Made by a program: the position numbers and the translations under genes. Below, piece after piece: positions 41,281 to 53,005 of a stretch of DNA of 64,000 nucleotides (positions are counted from its first letter, which is position 1; each line of letters begins with the position of its first letter). Under the pieces are notes generated by a model. The model had not been told where the DNA came from and made no database searches. It saw only the letters and a list, made by a program, of their open reading frames with translations. The DNA lies in NCBI GenBank assembly GCA_040954595.2, contig CM082591.2, positions 9,751,309-9,815,308 on the forward strand, written 5' to 3'. The DNA comes from Balanoglossus misakiensis (lineage: Eukaryota > Animalia > Hemichordata).

Positions 41281-41343
41281 GTTCAATTTTTGTCTTGTAT
41301 CTTGCCTTTTTGTTTGCTGTAGGTTTGGGCCTTGGCCGCATTG

Positions 41344-42375
41344 CTAGTCCGTGCTGCTGTTGCGTGGTTGGGAGCGCGCTTGATTTGCATAGGCGGTGCT
41401 TGTTGGCATGCGTCTCACCTGTTGCGTTGTCTCGTCATAGCTGTACCAGATCTTGCCTTCTGCAGTTTTCACCACTAATTTGTCGAGTTTAAGCCAGACT
41501 TTGATGTTACCGCCTTGACTTAGCAATTCTCTTCTCTTAGCAAGTAATTTACTACGAATAGCTCTCGTACGTGGCATAACATCCTCATCAATGCTTATAT
41601 TTGTGCCTTTCAGCTTGAAAGCGTTTCGGAGTATCAATTCCTTTTCTTTAAAGAAAGAAAACATCACGATGATTGGTTTACAAAGTGTGCCAAAGCTTGA
41701 TAGACGGTGTGCCCGTTCAATATTGACGGTATCGGGTATTCCAAGTTTGTTCGCTATAACCTCTCTAACCTTTCTTTCAGTTGTATCCCAGTCTTCATCT
41801 TGGTTGTCTTGGTCCACACCTTTGAAAATCAAATTGCAGCGTCTTGTTCTGTTGCCAAGATCGTCGTAGTTTTGCCGTAATTCTCTAAGTTCTCGTTTTG
41901 TTTGTTTGAGTTCGTCATTACACTTTCTTACCTCTTCAAAGTCAATTTTCTCTTCCAGTTTATCAATTCTATCAGTGTTCTCTTCGGTGTTTTCTTTAAT
42001 TTCCTGCAGGGAATCTTCAATGTTGTTCATTCTCTCCTCCATTTTGTCGAATCGTGATTTAATGTCTTTACAGTCTCTTGATACTTCGTCTAGCTTGCTA
42101 AGTATTGATGATACATTTTCCTTGGTGATTGGTAGGTCTCCAGACTTGCTTGTAGATCTTAGGTGTCTTGGAGTTGTTGGACCAGGGTTTGTTTCAACAT
42201 CTCCCGAGGCAATTATGAGTACAAGCAACAGCAAGCGAATTGCCGACGTGGCGGTGAATCCATTGTCTATATATGTGTAATTAGCATAATAATCCTTACG
42301 TGGTCCTCCATTGCCCTGGGATCCGCCAGCAAAAAGTCCAATTTTTGCTCTATAAGCATTCACATCTATCCCCAT
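41344..42375 (-). CDS. LINE ORF1: N-terminal leader + 2A-like peptide + coiled coil + L1-type RRM/CTD nucleic-acid chaperone
   Basis: First ATG at 42375 (MGIDVNAYRAKIGLF), then LLLLVLIIASGDVETNPGP, a heptad-rich segment, and RRCNLIFKGV...IERAHRL...KPIIVMF...KLKGTNISIDED typical of L1-like ORF1p. Confidence 0.9.
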   Translation of the reverse strand: MGIDVNAYRAKIGLFAGGSQGNGGPRKDYYANYTYIDNGFTATSAIRLLLLVLIIASGDVETNPGPTTPRHLRSTSKSGDLPITKENVSSILSKLDEVSRDCKDIKSRFDKMEERMNNIEDSLQEIKENTEENTDRIDKLEEKIDFEEVRKCNDELKQTKRELRELRQNYDDLGNRTRRCNLIFKGVDQDNQDEDWDTTERKVREVIANKLGIPDTVNIERAHRLSSFGTLCKPIIVMFSFFKEKELILRNAFKLKGTNISIDEDVMPRTRAIRSKLLAKRRELLSQGGNIKVWLKLDKLVVKTAEGKIWYSYDETTQQVRRMPTSTAYANQARSQPRNSSTD

Positions 42376-45300
42376 ATTCACGTAGTTGTATCTTGGGAAA
42401 CTCTCACTCACTATTGTATGAAAATTTGCCGTCCTTTGGCGCTATTTGCACGGAAAAACTTACGTGAAAAGCCGAGCAACTTTCCGACGCTACCTGCAGC
42501 TCTCACGTGGTCAGTCTAATGTAAACGTTACTTACCGGCATTGCATTATCTTACCATGGTTAGGCCTACAGTGAACAAATTTTCAACAATATTTTCTGAG
42601 TTACCGCTGATATTTGTTTTGTAGTATGGATATTAAATTATACATCCCGATACAAATCAGAATGTTATAGAATCCTTCCTGAGTGATATTGAAAAAATTA
42701 CCGGAATGCTACCGCCTAATCTATGGTTAGGGTTATTGCTATTATTTTATATCAGTAATCGACTTTGTGTATATCAATGTCATTTTCATAACGAAAATGA
42801 ACTCGAGTCTAATGTAAACGTTACGAATTGATCGAAAGGCGCTCTGATGAATGTTAACACGAGTGCGCAGTGACAAGACATGCATCGCGCATGACAGTGA
42901 CAACAGTTCCTATAGAGCAGTTAAAAAATAAACCGGCCGTCCGTAAATTTATCAGCTATATTTTTTTTTATTTAGTCACGTTTTCCCTGTTGCATGCTAT
43001 TAGTTCAGGGGCCAGTTTTAGCAGTGCTCTATTGAGTACTTTCGTATCGATGGATTGATCTCTCGTCCAATCAGAATGGCGGATGGTAGCATGATCCGAC
43101 ATATTGCGTATTACAATAGGGCTTCCTCATACAGGTCAGAACGGATAGGTCATTCCTTTTATTTTAGGACGTCTCAGCTCCTTTGTCTTTTCTGTTATAG
43201 TGTTAAAGAAATCAAACGGTTTTGTTTTGGCCGGTAAACACCGATGGATTAACTCTTAAGTCCATCGTGCATCCAAACGCAGTCGAGTCGGTTTGGTCAT
43301 TGTTTATGCGACAGTAAATGCCAAATGTGACAGAAGCATCATATTAAATGGGATAGAATACACAAACAAACAAACATACGAATAAACAAACAGGCAAACA
43401 AACAAACAAACAACCATTAGGGACTGTTCAGAATTTACTTCCAAGTTGGGGATGGAGGATTTTTTATTTTCCTGGTGATTTTTTTCCATGGTCTCCCCTA
43501 GTAAATTGTGGAGGAAATATGTGGTCCCTCCTTAAATTTCATGGGGATTTTCCATGGTCCCCCCTATTGTGACTTTTATGTCTAGTCTCCCCTAATTTGT
43601 CTTGGAGAAAATGAGTGGTCCCCCCCCCCTCTGAAAATTCTCCGCCCCCCTGGAAGTAAATTCTGAACAGTCCCTTATTAAAGCCAACAGCTAGCACCCT
43701 GGCTTCTCTGCCAGAGGAGCGATAACATCGACAAAATGCAGATACACAAGAAATGAGCACTTTATTCCACAAGTGAAGTAGTCTGTTCCCTGCCCCATTC
43801 CCACCGCTGGCTGCGCCCTTTAGCGTAGCGCCGATGGCAGTGGGAATGGGGCAGGGGACCAGACTACAAGTGAAGAACCCCAGTAACAGACGTAACGAAC
43901 AAACAAACTACATGTACTAACAACAAAGCAAGAAAAGTGTCAAGCGTCGTCAAAGAAAACGAAAAAGTTCTAGCATGGTTGGTAAAAGTTATTGGTAGAA
44001 AACGAATAGGGCCTTCTACAAATGACGTCTCAGACCCGCAAACGCCACCAGAACACAAAACACATGCACAGAACAGTTTAAGCCGGTTGTTGTATGGAGC
44101 AGCAATAATCTGCGGTTGGGCCGTCGTAGATTTTCGCTGGTGGTGAAAATAAATAAAACACGATCGATGTTCGATTTATTTCAGATCACATGCGTTTACG
44201 GCCAGGAGAGAGCATAAAAGTCTTCAAATGACCATGTGGTGGCGCACTTTTTCCGATTGGCTGTATTTCAATTTGTTCGTGGTAAATTAATTTTGTGGAG
44301 GTGACCGGCACTGAAGCTCTTAACTAGGATGAGGTGGGATGGAAAAATGCCCCATTTTAGCTGTTTTAAAATATACGACTATTTATAGACAAAAGGAAAA
44401 TAAAACAAGCGCAAAAACATACCTAACCTAGTTTTATTAATTAAAAACAAAATTGCTGAGTAAAGGTTTTCATGTGGGCATTCACTTTGAACTTGCTAAA
44501 TTAATTTAAAGAGACAAAGTCGCTCTCTCTTTGTCCTTTTGCGATGATAGAATGCTTGCTTGAAGTCTCTCGTGCAATAAATGATGTCGATTCATACATG
44601 TATGGATGGTGTATAGGTGGTCGGAATTTACATGTCTTTGCCACGACCAAACCAACAACACGTAAAATCAAAGTTTGGGTCATGAAATCGAGTTTTGTTA
44701 CAGTCTAGAATTTCATGCCACCCCTTATGGTCATATTATTCTTGGTAGGCAAAAGTGACAAGTAGTCAAGTTTCAACACAGGCAACATTTTTTACAAACA
44801 AACCACAAAGAAGACATCAAAAGGGAGAGAATTATAGAATGGTCAATGTGTGAAAAGTTAAGATACGTAAAGTGGCCGGGTTCAACATTAACTCATCGAC
44901 TTCATATCGTCTTCATGCCATGGTTTTTGCCTGCCCTGAAAGTTCTTGTCGTTGCAGAAGTGGTTTTGACAGAAAGATTTTAGTCTTCCGGGATGTTTGT
45001 GATTATTTGAACACCAGACAATACAATGCAACCTTGACTTCCAAAATACTTACCGGCATTGCATTATCTTACCATGGTTAGGCCTACAGTGAACAAATTT
45101 TCAACAATATTTTCTGAGTTACCGCTGATATTTGTTTTGTAGTATGGATATTAAATTATACATCCCGATACAAAACAGAATGTTATAGAATCCTTCCTGA
45201 GTGATATTGAAAAAATTACCGGAATGCTACCGCCTAATCTATGGTTAGGGTTATTGCTATTATTTTATATCAGTAATCGACTTTGTGTATATCAATGTCA

Positions 45301-48300
45301 TTTTCATAACGAAAATGAACCCGAGTCTAATGTAAACGTTACGAATTGATCGAAAGGCGCTCTGATGAATGTTAACACGAGTGCGCAGTGACAAGACATG
45401 CATCGTGCATGACAGTGACAACAGTTCCTATAGAGCAGTTAAAAAATAAACCGGCCGTCCGTAAATTTATCAGCTATATTTTTTTTTTATTTAGTCACGT
45501 TTTCCCTGTTGCATGCTATTAGTTCAGGGGCCAGTTTTAGCAGTGCTCTATTGAGTACTTTCGTATCGATGGATTGATCTCTCGTCCAATAAGAATGGCG
45601 GATGGTAGCATGATCCGACATATTGCGTATTACAATAGGGCTTCCTCATACAGGTCAGAACGGAGAGGTCATTCCTTTTATTTTAGGACGTCTCAGCTCC
45701 TTTGTCTTTTCTGTTATAGTGTTAAAGAAATCAGACGGTTTTGTTTTGGCCGGTAAACACCGATGGATTAACTCTTAAGTCCATCGTGCATCCAAACGCA
45801 GTCGAGTCGGTTTGGTCATTGTTTATGCGACAGTAAATGCCAAATGTGACAGAAGCATCATATTAAATGAGATAGAATACACAAACAAACAAACATACGA
45901 ATAAACAAACAGGCAAACAAACAAACAAACAACCATTAGGGACTGTTCAGAATTGACTTCCAAGTTGGAGATGGAGGATTTTTTATTTTCCTGGTGATTT
46001 TTTTCCATGGTCTCCCCTAGTAAATTGTGGAGGAAATATGTGGTCCCTCCTAAAATTTCCTGGGGATTTTCCATGGTCCCCCTATTGTGACTTTTATGTC
46101 TAGTCTCCCCTAATTTGTCTTGGAGAAAATGGGTGGTCCCCCCCTCTGAAAATTCTCCGCCCCCTGGAAGTAAATTCTGAACAGTCCCTTATGAAAGCCA
46201 ACAGCTAGCACCCCGGCTTCTCTGCCAGAGGAGCGATAACATCGACAAAATGCAGATACACAAGAAATGAGCACTTTATACCACTAGTGAAGTAGTCTGT
46301 TCCCTGCCCCATTCCCACCGCTGGCTGCGCCCTTTAGCGTAGCGTCGATGGCAGTGGGAATGGGGCAGGGGGCCAGACTACAAGTGAAGAACCCCAGTAA
46401 CAGACGTAACGAACAAACAAACTACATGTACTAACAACAAAGCAAGAAAAGTGTCAAGCGTCGTCAAAGAAAACGAAAAAGTTCTAGCATGGTTGGTAAA
46501 AGTTATTGGTAGAAAACGAATAGGGCCTTCTACAAATGACGTCTCAGACCCGCAAACGCCACCAGAACACAAAACACATGCACAGAACAGTTTAAGCCGG
46601 TTGTTGTATGGAGCAGCAATAATCTGCGGTTGGGCCGTCGTAGATTTTCGCTGGTGGTGAAAATAAATAAAACACGATCGATGTTCGATTTATTCCAGAT
46701 CACATGCGTTTACGGCCAGGAGAGAGCATAAAAGTCTTCAAATGACCATGTGGTGGCGCACTTTTTCCGATTGGCTGTATTTCAATTTGTTCGTGGTAAA
46801 TTAATTTTGTGGAGGTGACCGGCACTGAAGCTCTTAGCTAGGATGAGGTGGGATGGAAAAATGCCCCATTTTAGCTGTTTTAAAATATACGACTATTTAT
46901 AGACAAAAGGAAAATAAAACGAGCGCAAAAACATACCAAACCTAGTTTTATTAATTAAAAACAAAATTGCTGAGTAAAGGTTTTCATGTGGGCATTCACT
47001 TTGAACTTGCTAAATTAATTTAAAGAGACAAAGTCGCTCTCTCTTTGTCCTTTTGCGATGATAGAATGCTTGCTTGAAGTCTCTCGTGCAATAAATGATG
47101 TCGATTCATACATGTATGGATGGTGTATAGGTGGTCGGAATTTACATGTCTTCGCCACGACCAAACCAACAACACGTAAAATCAAAGTTTGGGTCATAAA
47201 ATCGAGTTTGGTTACAGTCTAGAATTTCATGCCACCCCTTATGGTCATATTATTCTTGGTAGGCAAAAGTGACAAGTAGTCAAGTTTCAACACAGGCAAC
47301 ATTTTTTACAAACAAACCACAAAGAAGACATCAAAAGGGAGAGAATTATAGAATGGTCAATGTGTGAAAAGTTAAGATACGTAAAGTGGCCGGGTTCAAC
47401 ATTAACTCATCGACTTCATATCGTCTTCATGCCATGGTTTTTGCCTGCCCTGAAAGTTCTTGTCGTTGCAGAAGTGGTTTTGACAGAAAGAATTTAGTCT
47501 TCCGGGATGTTTGTGATTATTTGAACACCAGACAATACAATGCAACCTTGACTTCCAAAATATTTACCGGCATTGCATTATCTTACCATGGTTAGGCCTA
47601 CAGTGAACAAATTTTCAACAATATTTTCTGAGTTACCGCTGATATTTGTTTTGTAGTATGGATATTAAATTATACATCCCGATACAAAACAGAATGTTAT
47701 AGAATCCTTCCTGAGTGATATTGAAAAAATTACCGGAATGCTACCGCCTAATCTATGGTTAGGGTTATTGCTATTATTCTATATCAGTAATCGACTTTGT
47801 GTATATCAATGTCATTTTCATAACGAAAATGAACTCGAGTCTAATGTAAACGTTACGAATTGATCGAAAGGCGCTCTGATGAATGTTAACACGAGTGCGC
47901 AGTGACAAGACATGCATCGTGCATGACAGTGACAACAGTTCCTATAGAGCAGTTAAAAAATAAACCGGCCGTCCGTAAATTTATCAGCTATATTTTTTTT
48001 TATTTAGTCACGTTTTCCCTGTTGCATGCTATTAGTTCAGGGGCCAGTTTTAGCAGTGCTCTATTGAGTACTTTCATATCGATGGATTGATCTCTCGTCC
48101 AATCAGAATGGCGGATGGTAGCATGATCCGACATATTGCGTATTACAATAGGGCTTCCTCATACAGGTCAGAACGGAGAGGTCATTCCTTTTATTTTAGG
48201 ACGTCTCAGCTCCTTTGTCTTTTCTGTTATAGTGTTAAAGAAATCAAACGGTTTTGTTTTGGCCGGTAAACACCGATGGATTAACTCTTAAGTCCATCGT

Positions 48301-50739
48301 GCATCCAAACGCAGTCGAGTCGGTTTGGTCATTGTTTATGCGACAGTAAATGCCAAATGTGACAGAATCATCATATTAAATGAGATAGAATACACAAACA
48401 AACAAACATACGAATAAACAAACAGGCAAACAAACAAACAAACAACCATTAGGGACTGTTCAGAATTTACTTCCAAGTTGGGGATGGAGGATTTTTTATT
48501 TTCCTGGTGATTTTTTTCCATGGTCTCCCCTAGTAAATTGTGGAGGAAATATGTGGTCCCTCCTTAAATTTCCTGGGGATTTTCCATGGTCCCCCTATTG
48601 TGACTTTTATGTCTAGTCTCCCCTAATTTGTCTTGGAGAAAATGGGTGGTCCCCCCCCTCTGAAAATTCTCCGCCCCCTGGAAGTAAATTCTGAACAGTC
48701 CCTTATTAAAGCCAACAGCTAGCACCCTGGCTTCTCTGCCAGAGGAGCGATAACATCGACAAAATGCAGATACACAAGAAATGAGCACTTTATTCCACAA
48801 GTGAAGTAGTCTGTTCCCTGCCCCATTCCCACCGCTGGCTGCGCCCTTTAGCGTAGCGCCGATGGCAGTGGGAATGGGGCAGGGGACCAGACTACAAGTG
48901 AAGAACCCCAGTAACAGACGTAACGAACAAACAAACTACATGTACTAACAACAAAGCAAGAAAAGTGTCAAGCGTCGTCAAAGAAAACGAAAAAGTTCTA
49001 GCATGGTTGGTAAAAGTTATTGGTAGAAAACGAATAGGGCTTCTACAAATGACGTCTCAGACCCGCAAACGCCACCAGAACACAAAACACATGCACAGAA
49101 CAGTTTAAGCCGGTTGTTGTATGGAGCATCAATAATCTGCGGTTGGGCCGTCGTAGATTTTCGCTGGTGGTGAAAATAAATAAAACACGATCGATGTTCG
49201 ATTTATTCCAGATCACATGCGTTTACGGCCAGGAGAGAGCATAAAAGTCTTCAAATGACCATGTGGTGGCGCACTTTTTCCGATTGGCTGTATTTCAATT
49301 TGTTCGTGGTAAATTAATTTTGTGGAGGTGACCGGCACTGAAGCTCTTAGCTAGGATGAGGTGGGATGGAAAAATGCCCCATTTTAGCTGTTTTAAAATA
49401 TACGACTATTTATAGACAAAAGGAAAATAAAACAAGCGCAAAAACATACCAAACCTAGTTTTATTAATTAAAAACAAAATTGCTGAGTAAAGGTTTTCAT
49501 GTGGGCATTCACTTTGAACTTGCTAAATTAATTTAAAGAGACAAAGTCGCTCTCTCTTTGTCCTTTTGCGATGATAGAATGCTTGCTTGAAGTCTCTCGT
49601 GCAATAAATTATGTCGATTCATACATGTATGGATGGTGTATAGGTGGTCGGAATTTACATGTCTTTGCCACGACCAAACCAACAACACGTAAAATCAAAG
49701 TTTGGGTCATGAAATCGAGTTTTGTTACAGTCTGGAATTTCATGCCACCCCTTATGGTCATATTATTCTTGGTAGGCAAAAGTGACAAGTAGTCAAGTTT
49801 CAACACAGGCAACATTTTTTACAAACAAACCACAAAGAAGACATCAAAAGGGAGAGAATTACAGAATGGTCAATGTGTGAAAAGTTAAGATACGTAAAGT
49901 GGCCGGGTTCAACTCATCGACTTCATATCGTCTTCATGCCACGGTTTTTGCCTGCCCTGAAAGTTCTTGTCGTTGCAGAAGTGGTTTTGACAGAAAGAAT
50001 TTAGTCTTCCGGGATGTTTGTGATTATTTGAACACCAGACAATACAATGCAACCTTGACTTCCAAAATACTTACCGGCATTGCATTATCTTACCATGGTT
50101 AGGCCTACAGTGAACAAATTTTCAACAATATTTTCTGAGTTACCGCTGATATTTGTTTTGTAGTATGGATATTAAATTATACATCCCTATACAAAGCAGA
50201 ATGTTATAGAATCCTTCCTGAGTGATATTGAAAAAATTACCGGAATGCTACCGCCTAATCTATGGTTAGGGTTATTGCTATTATTTTATATCAGTAATCG
50301 ACTTTGTGTATATCAATGTCATTTTCATAACGAAAATGAACTCGAGTCTAATGTAAACGTTACGAATTGATCGAAAGGCGCTCTGATGAATGTTAACACG
50401 AGTGCGCAGTGACAAGACATGCATCGTGCATGACAGTGACAACAGTTCCTATAGAGCAGTTAAAAAATAAACCGGCCGTCCGTAAATTTATCAGCTATAT
50501 TTTGTTTTATTTAGTCACGTTTTCCCTGTTGCATGCTATTAGTTCAGGGGCCAGTTTTAGCAGTGCTCTATTGAGTACTTTCGTATCGATGGATTGATCT
50601 CTCGTCCAATCAGAATGGCGGATGGTAGCATGATCCGACATATTGCGTATTACAATAGGGCTTCCTCATACAGGTCAGAACGGTGAGGTCATTCCTTTTA
50701 TTTTAGGACGTCTCAGCTCCTTTGTCTTTTCTGTTATTT

Positions 50740-51128
50740 TTGACAAATGCGGATTGACGTTCCATTTCCAATTGGCGATAATTATATTTATTTGTATTTC
50801 ATTGCATAAGCGCTTGCTAGTCGTTTTTTCGCAATTTTTTTGTAGTACAAAAACACTGAAGAAAACGAAATATTTTATTCATTCGCACTTCCAAAGAACA
50901 CCGTGACAGAATTCCTCAATTTGCATTTCAGTTTGTGTGTCTGGTGTGTCTGCATTGACGTGAGGCGCATTCTCCACCCGCACACATACGTTGCATTGCA
51001 TTCTTTGACTAATTAGTGTGACGTCATGTTGAAGCAGGATTCTGATTGAGTAGTAAGTAATTTGCATAATTGACGCACAGCTGGTGCCTCGTTCTCCTAC
51101 CGCTGACCGTTGCATTTGAAAAATCATT
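50740..51128 (+). promoter_or_regulatory. Putative Pol II promoter of the spliced ncRNA
   Basis: Full CRE TGACGTCA (51019-26), several TGACG half-sites (~50756, 50956, 51071), octamer ATTTGCAT (50919-26, 51060-67) and Inr-like TCATT (~51124), all directly upstream of the first splice donor. Motif evidence only. Confidence 0.4.
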
Positions 51129-51195
51129 GCAGCTTTGACGTTCATCAAGCATGGAGGCGACCGGGACCTCCATGCTTGATGATGTCGTTTCTCTG
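51124..51195 (+). ncRNA. Putative first exon (E1) of a spliced structured ncRNA; 5' end uncertain
   Basis: Donor CTG|GTAAGCATG at 51196. Perfect 16-bp hairpin 51142-57/51167-82. The donor context is shared with exon A. Confidence 0.5.
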
Positions 51196-51440
51196 GTAAG
51201 CATGGCATTTAATGTTATTTTACAAGTACATGTACACTCCTTCTAGCAAAAACTGGTCGTGGTAGGGCGAGAGGGTCCTCCCAACATCGAAATTCTGACT
51301 TAGGGAAGCGTTACAGCACCAAACAGTAAACTCACAGTCGCATGGAATTTGTGCGTTATATTACACCGTGCGAGTAAATTGTACGTCGTTCGTTGGCTCG
51401 AGTCAGCTTTGTTATTGTGGAGCAGGTGGTACCGTAACAC

Positions 51441-51800
51441 CACAGGGGGCTCTCCCTAGGCGATGTTATTGTTTGTTTGTTGTTGTTGTTGATTGGCATA
51501 ATAAACAAATACATATTTCTTTATTAATAAATATGGTTTGTTGACATGTAAGGGTTAGGTTATTAGGGTATATTTGACAGGTTATGGTATATTCAATGGT
51601 TAGGATTAGTGTTGGCATTTTTTCGATCCATGGCCGGCATCACCCCCCCACCCCCCAACCCCCCCTGTGGCTTAGTGATGCCCGGGGCCGTGGATCAACA
51701 AACCATATTTATTAATAAAGAAATATGTATTTGTTTATTATGCCAATCAACAACAACAAACAAACAAACAATAAAATCGCGGAGGGAGGAGCCCCCTGTG
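51441..51800. mobile_element. 360-bp MITE, CAC...GTG termini, ~105-bp TIRs, 7-bp TSD
   Basis: CACAGGGGGCTC...GAGCCCCCTGTG with long inverted arms. GTAACAC at 51434-40 and 51801-07. Confidence 0.9.
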
Positions 51801-52003
51801 GTAACACACTACAGTATAACTTTTAAGGCAAAGCGATAGCGAATAAACTGACCAGGGTTGGTTTTGTTGTTGGGGAGATTTTTGGCACCATTGAGACTGT
51901 TATAAGCTACCAGTGTGAGCTATGGTATAGCCGTTAACACGCAGCCCTGCCACGCAGAGCTTCTATGACTGGTTACTAACTTCTATGTCTATTTGATTCA
52001 CAG

Positions 52004-52078
52004 ATGCTGCCTGAAACTGTCTGCGTTTCAACTCGGGATTCTCTTCCTTGTCCGGGGCGAGTTTAAGACCGCTCAATG
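52004..52078 (+). ncRNA. Exon A1 (75 nt) of putative spliced structured ncRNA
   Basis: Branch point TACTAAC, acceptor TATTTGATTCACAG, donor ATG|GTAAGC. Confidence 0.7.
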
Positions 52079-52320
52079 GTAAGCATGACTTGCTTTATAT
52101 TTGCTTTTATCGGGTGTTGCAACCGAAACAATAGGAAGAAATGTATGTCTACGAACTAATTTACATATTCCAGCTTTCAATACAATGTACTTGTTTTTTC
52201 CCCTTCGAATTCTGGCCTTGATTGCTTGTGATATGATCGTGATGTCATGAATTAGATGGACAACTCACAAGTTCAAATCTTCACGTGGAGCATAAAATAA
52301 ATTTGGATGCATTTCCTTAA

Positions 52321-52667
52321 AGGGACAAAGTCTCTCTCTCGCTGCCCTTTTTTCCATAATTATATTTGATACAAGACACCGTTTGTTATTCTACATGTAG
52401 ATATATAGTGAATGAACGTTCAGCCACACACAACTTCCGTCCCACTTGTAGACACGAGAGTAAAAATACTCGCCAAAATGAATAATCGTTCTTTACCATT
52501 TATTCATTTTGGGCGAGTTTTTACTCTCATATCATACAAGCGGGATGGAAGTTTTGTGTGGTTGATCATTGATTCACTATATATCCAAATGTACATTAAC
52601 ATAAACAGTGTCTTGTATCAAACATAATTAATGGAAAAAAGGACAGCGAGAGAGAGACTTTGTCCCT
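52321..52667. mobile_element. 347-bp fold-back MITE with TTAA TSD (Kolobok-type, AG...CT termini)
   Basis: TTAA-AGGGACAAAGTCTCTCTCTCGCTG...CAGCGAGAGAGAGACTTTGTCCCT-TTAA. The paralogous empty site has a single TTAA at 58737-40. Confidence 0.92.
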
Positions 52668-53005
52668 TTAACCATATAGCTAAAATTACTCCCATACCAA
52701 TACACAGGGAGATACTTTAACTTTGGCTGAACGTGTGCTAGTCCAACACTATGCTTAATCAAACTGGCTAAGAGATCTGTTATTATATTAGACGCATGAA
52801 GGAAAGTAATGTTGTTTAGAGTGAAATAAAACAATACTTTAGGCCAGAAAGAAAAATGTAAATAATGACACAAGCAGACTGGAATTTTTTTATGATTCTA
52901 TATTATACCATGTTTTGCATATTTTCACTAATTTGTATGGCCCACATAATTCTAAAGCAAGGTTGATTGGTTACTAATTAATATTTGCATATATTTGATT
53001 CACAG

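Larger units (their letters stand above)
37654..42512 (-). mobile_element. Full-length APE-type non-LTR retrotransposon (LINE; probably RTEX/RTE-like clade)
   Basis: 11-bp TSD AGTCTAATGTA (37643-53, 42513-23), ORF1, ORF2 with APE+RT+C-terminal CCHC-like motif, and AATAAA followed by a (TTA)7 tail. The clade call is from memory of motifs, not from a tree. Confidence 0.97.
1..50737. repeat. Macrosatellite: head-to-tail array of ~2.52-kb units (~18 near-complete plus 2 deleted units); continues past the left edge of the window
   Basis: The same landmark recurs at 787, 3306, 5820, 8341, 10860, 13381, 17091, 19607, 22119, 24638, 27154, 29668, 32173, 34674, 37191, 44872, 47386 and 49899. Units differ only by scattered SNPs and homopolymer lengths. 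Identity stops abruptly after ...CTTTTCTGTTAT at 50737. Confidence 0.99.

Noticed and set aside
37604-42519. Plus-strand ORFs overlapping the LINE
   Set aside because: Antisense shadows of ORF1/ORF2 with no domain signatures.
416-50597. Recurrent 60-95 aa ORFs in the array (MAGFN..., MSSVVK..., MCSGG..., MISRP... etc.)
   Set aside because: Mostly non-ATG starts, no recognisable domains, freely broken by stops or frameshifts in some units. Their recurrence just reflects the repeat.
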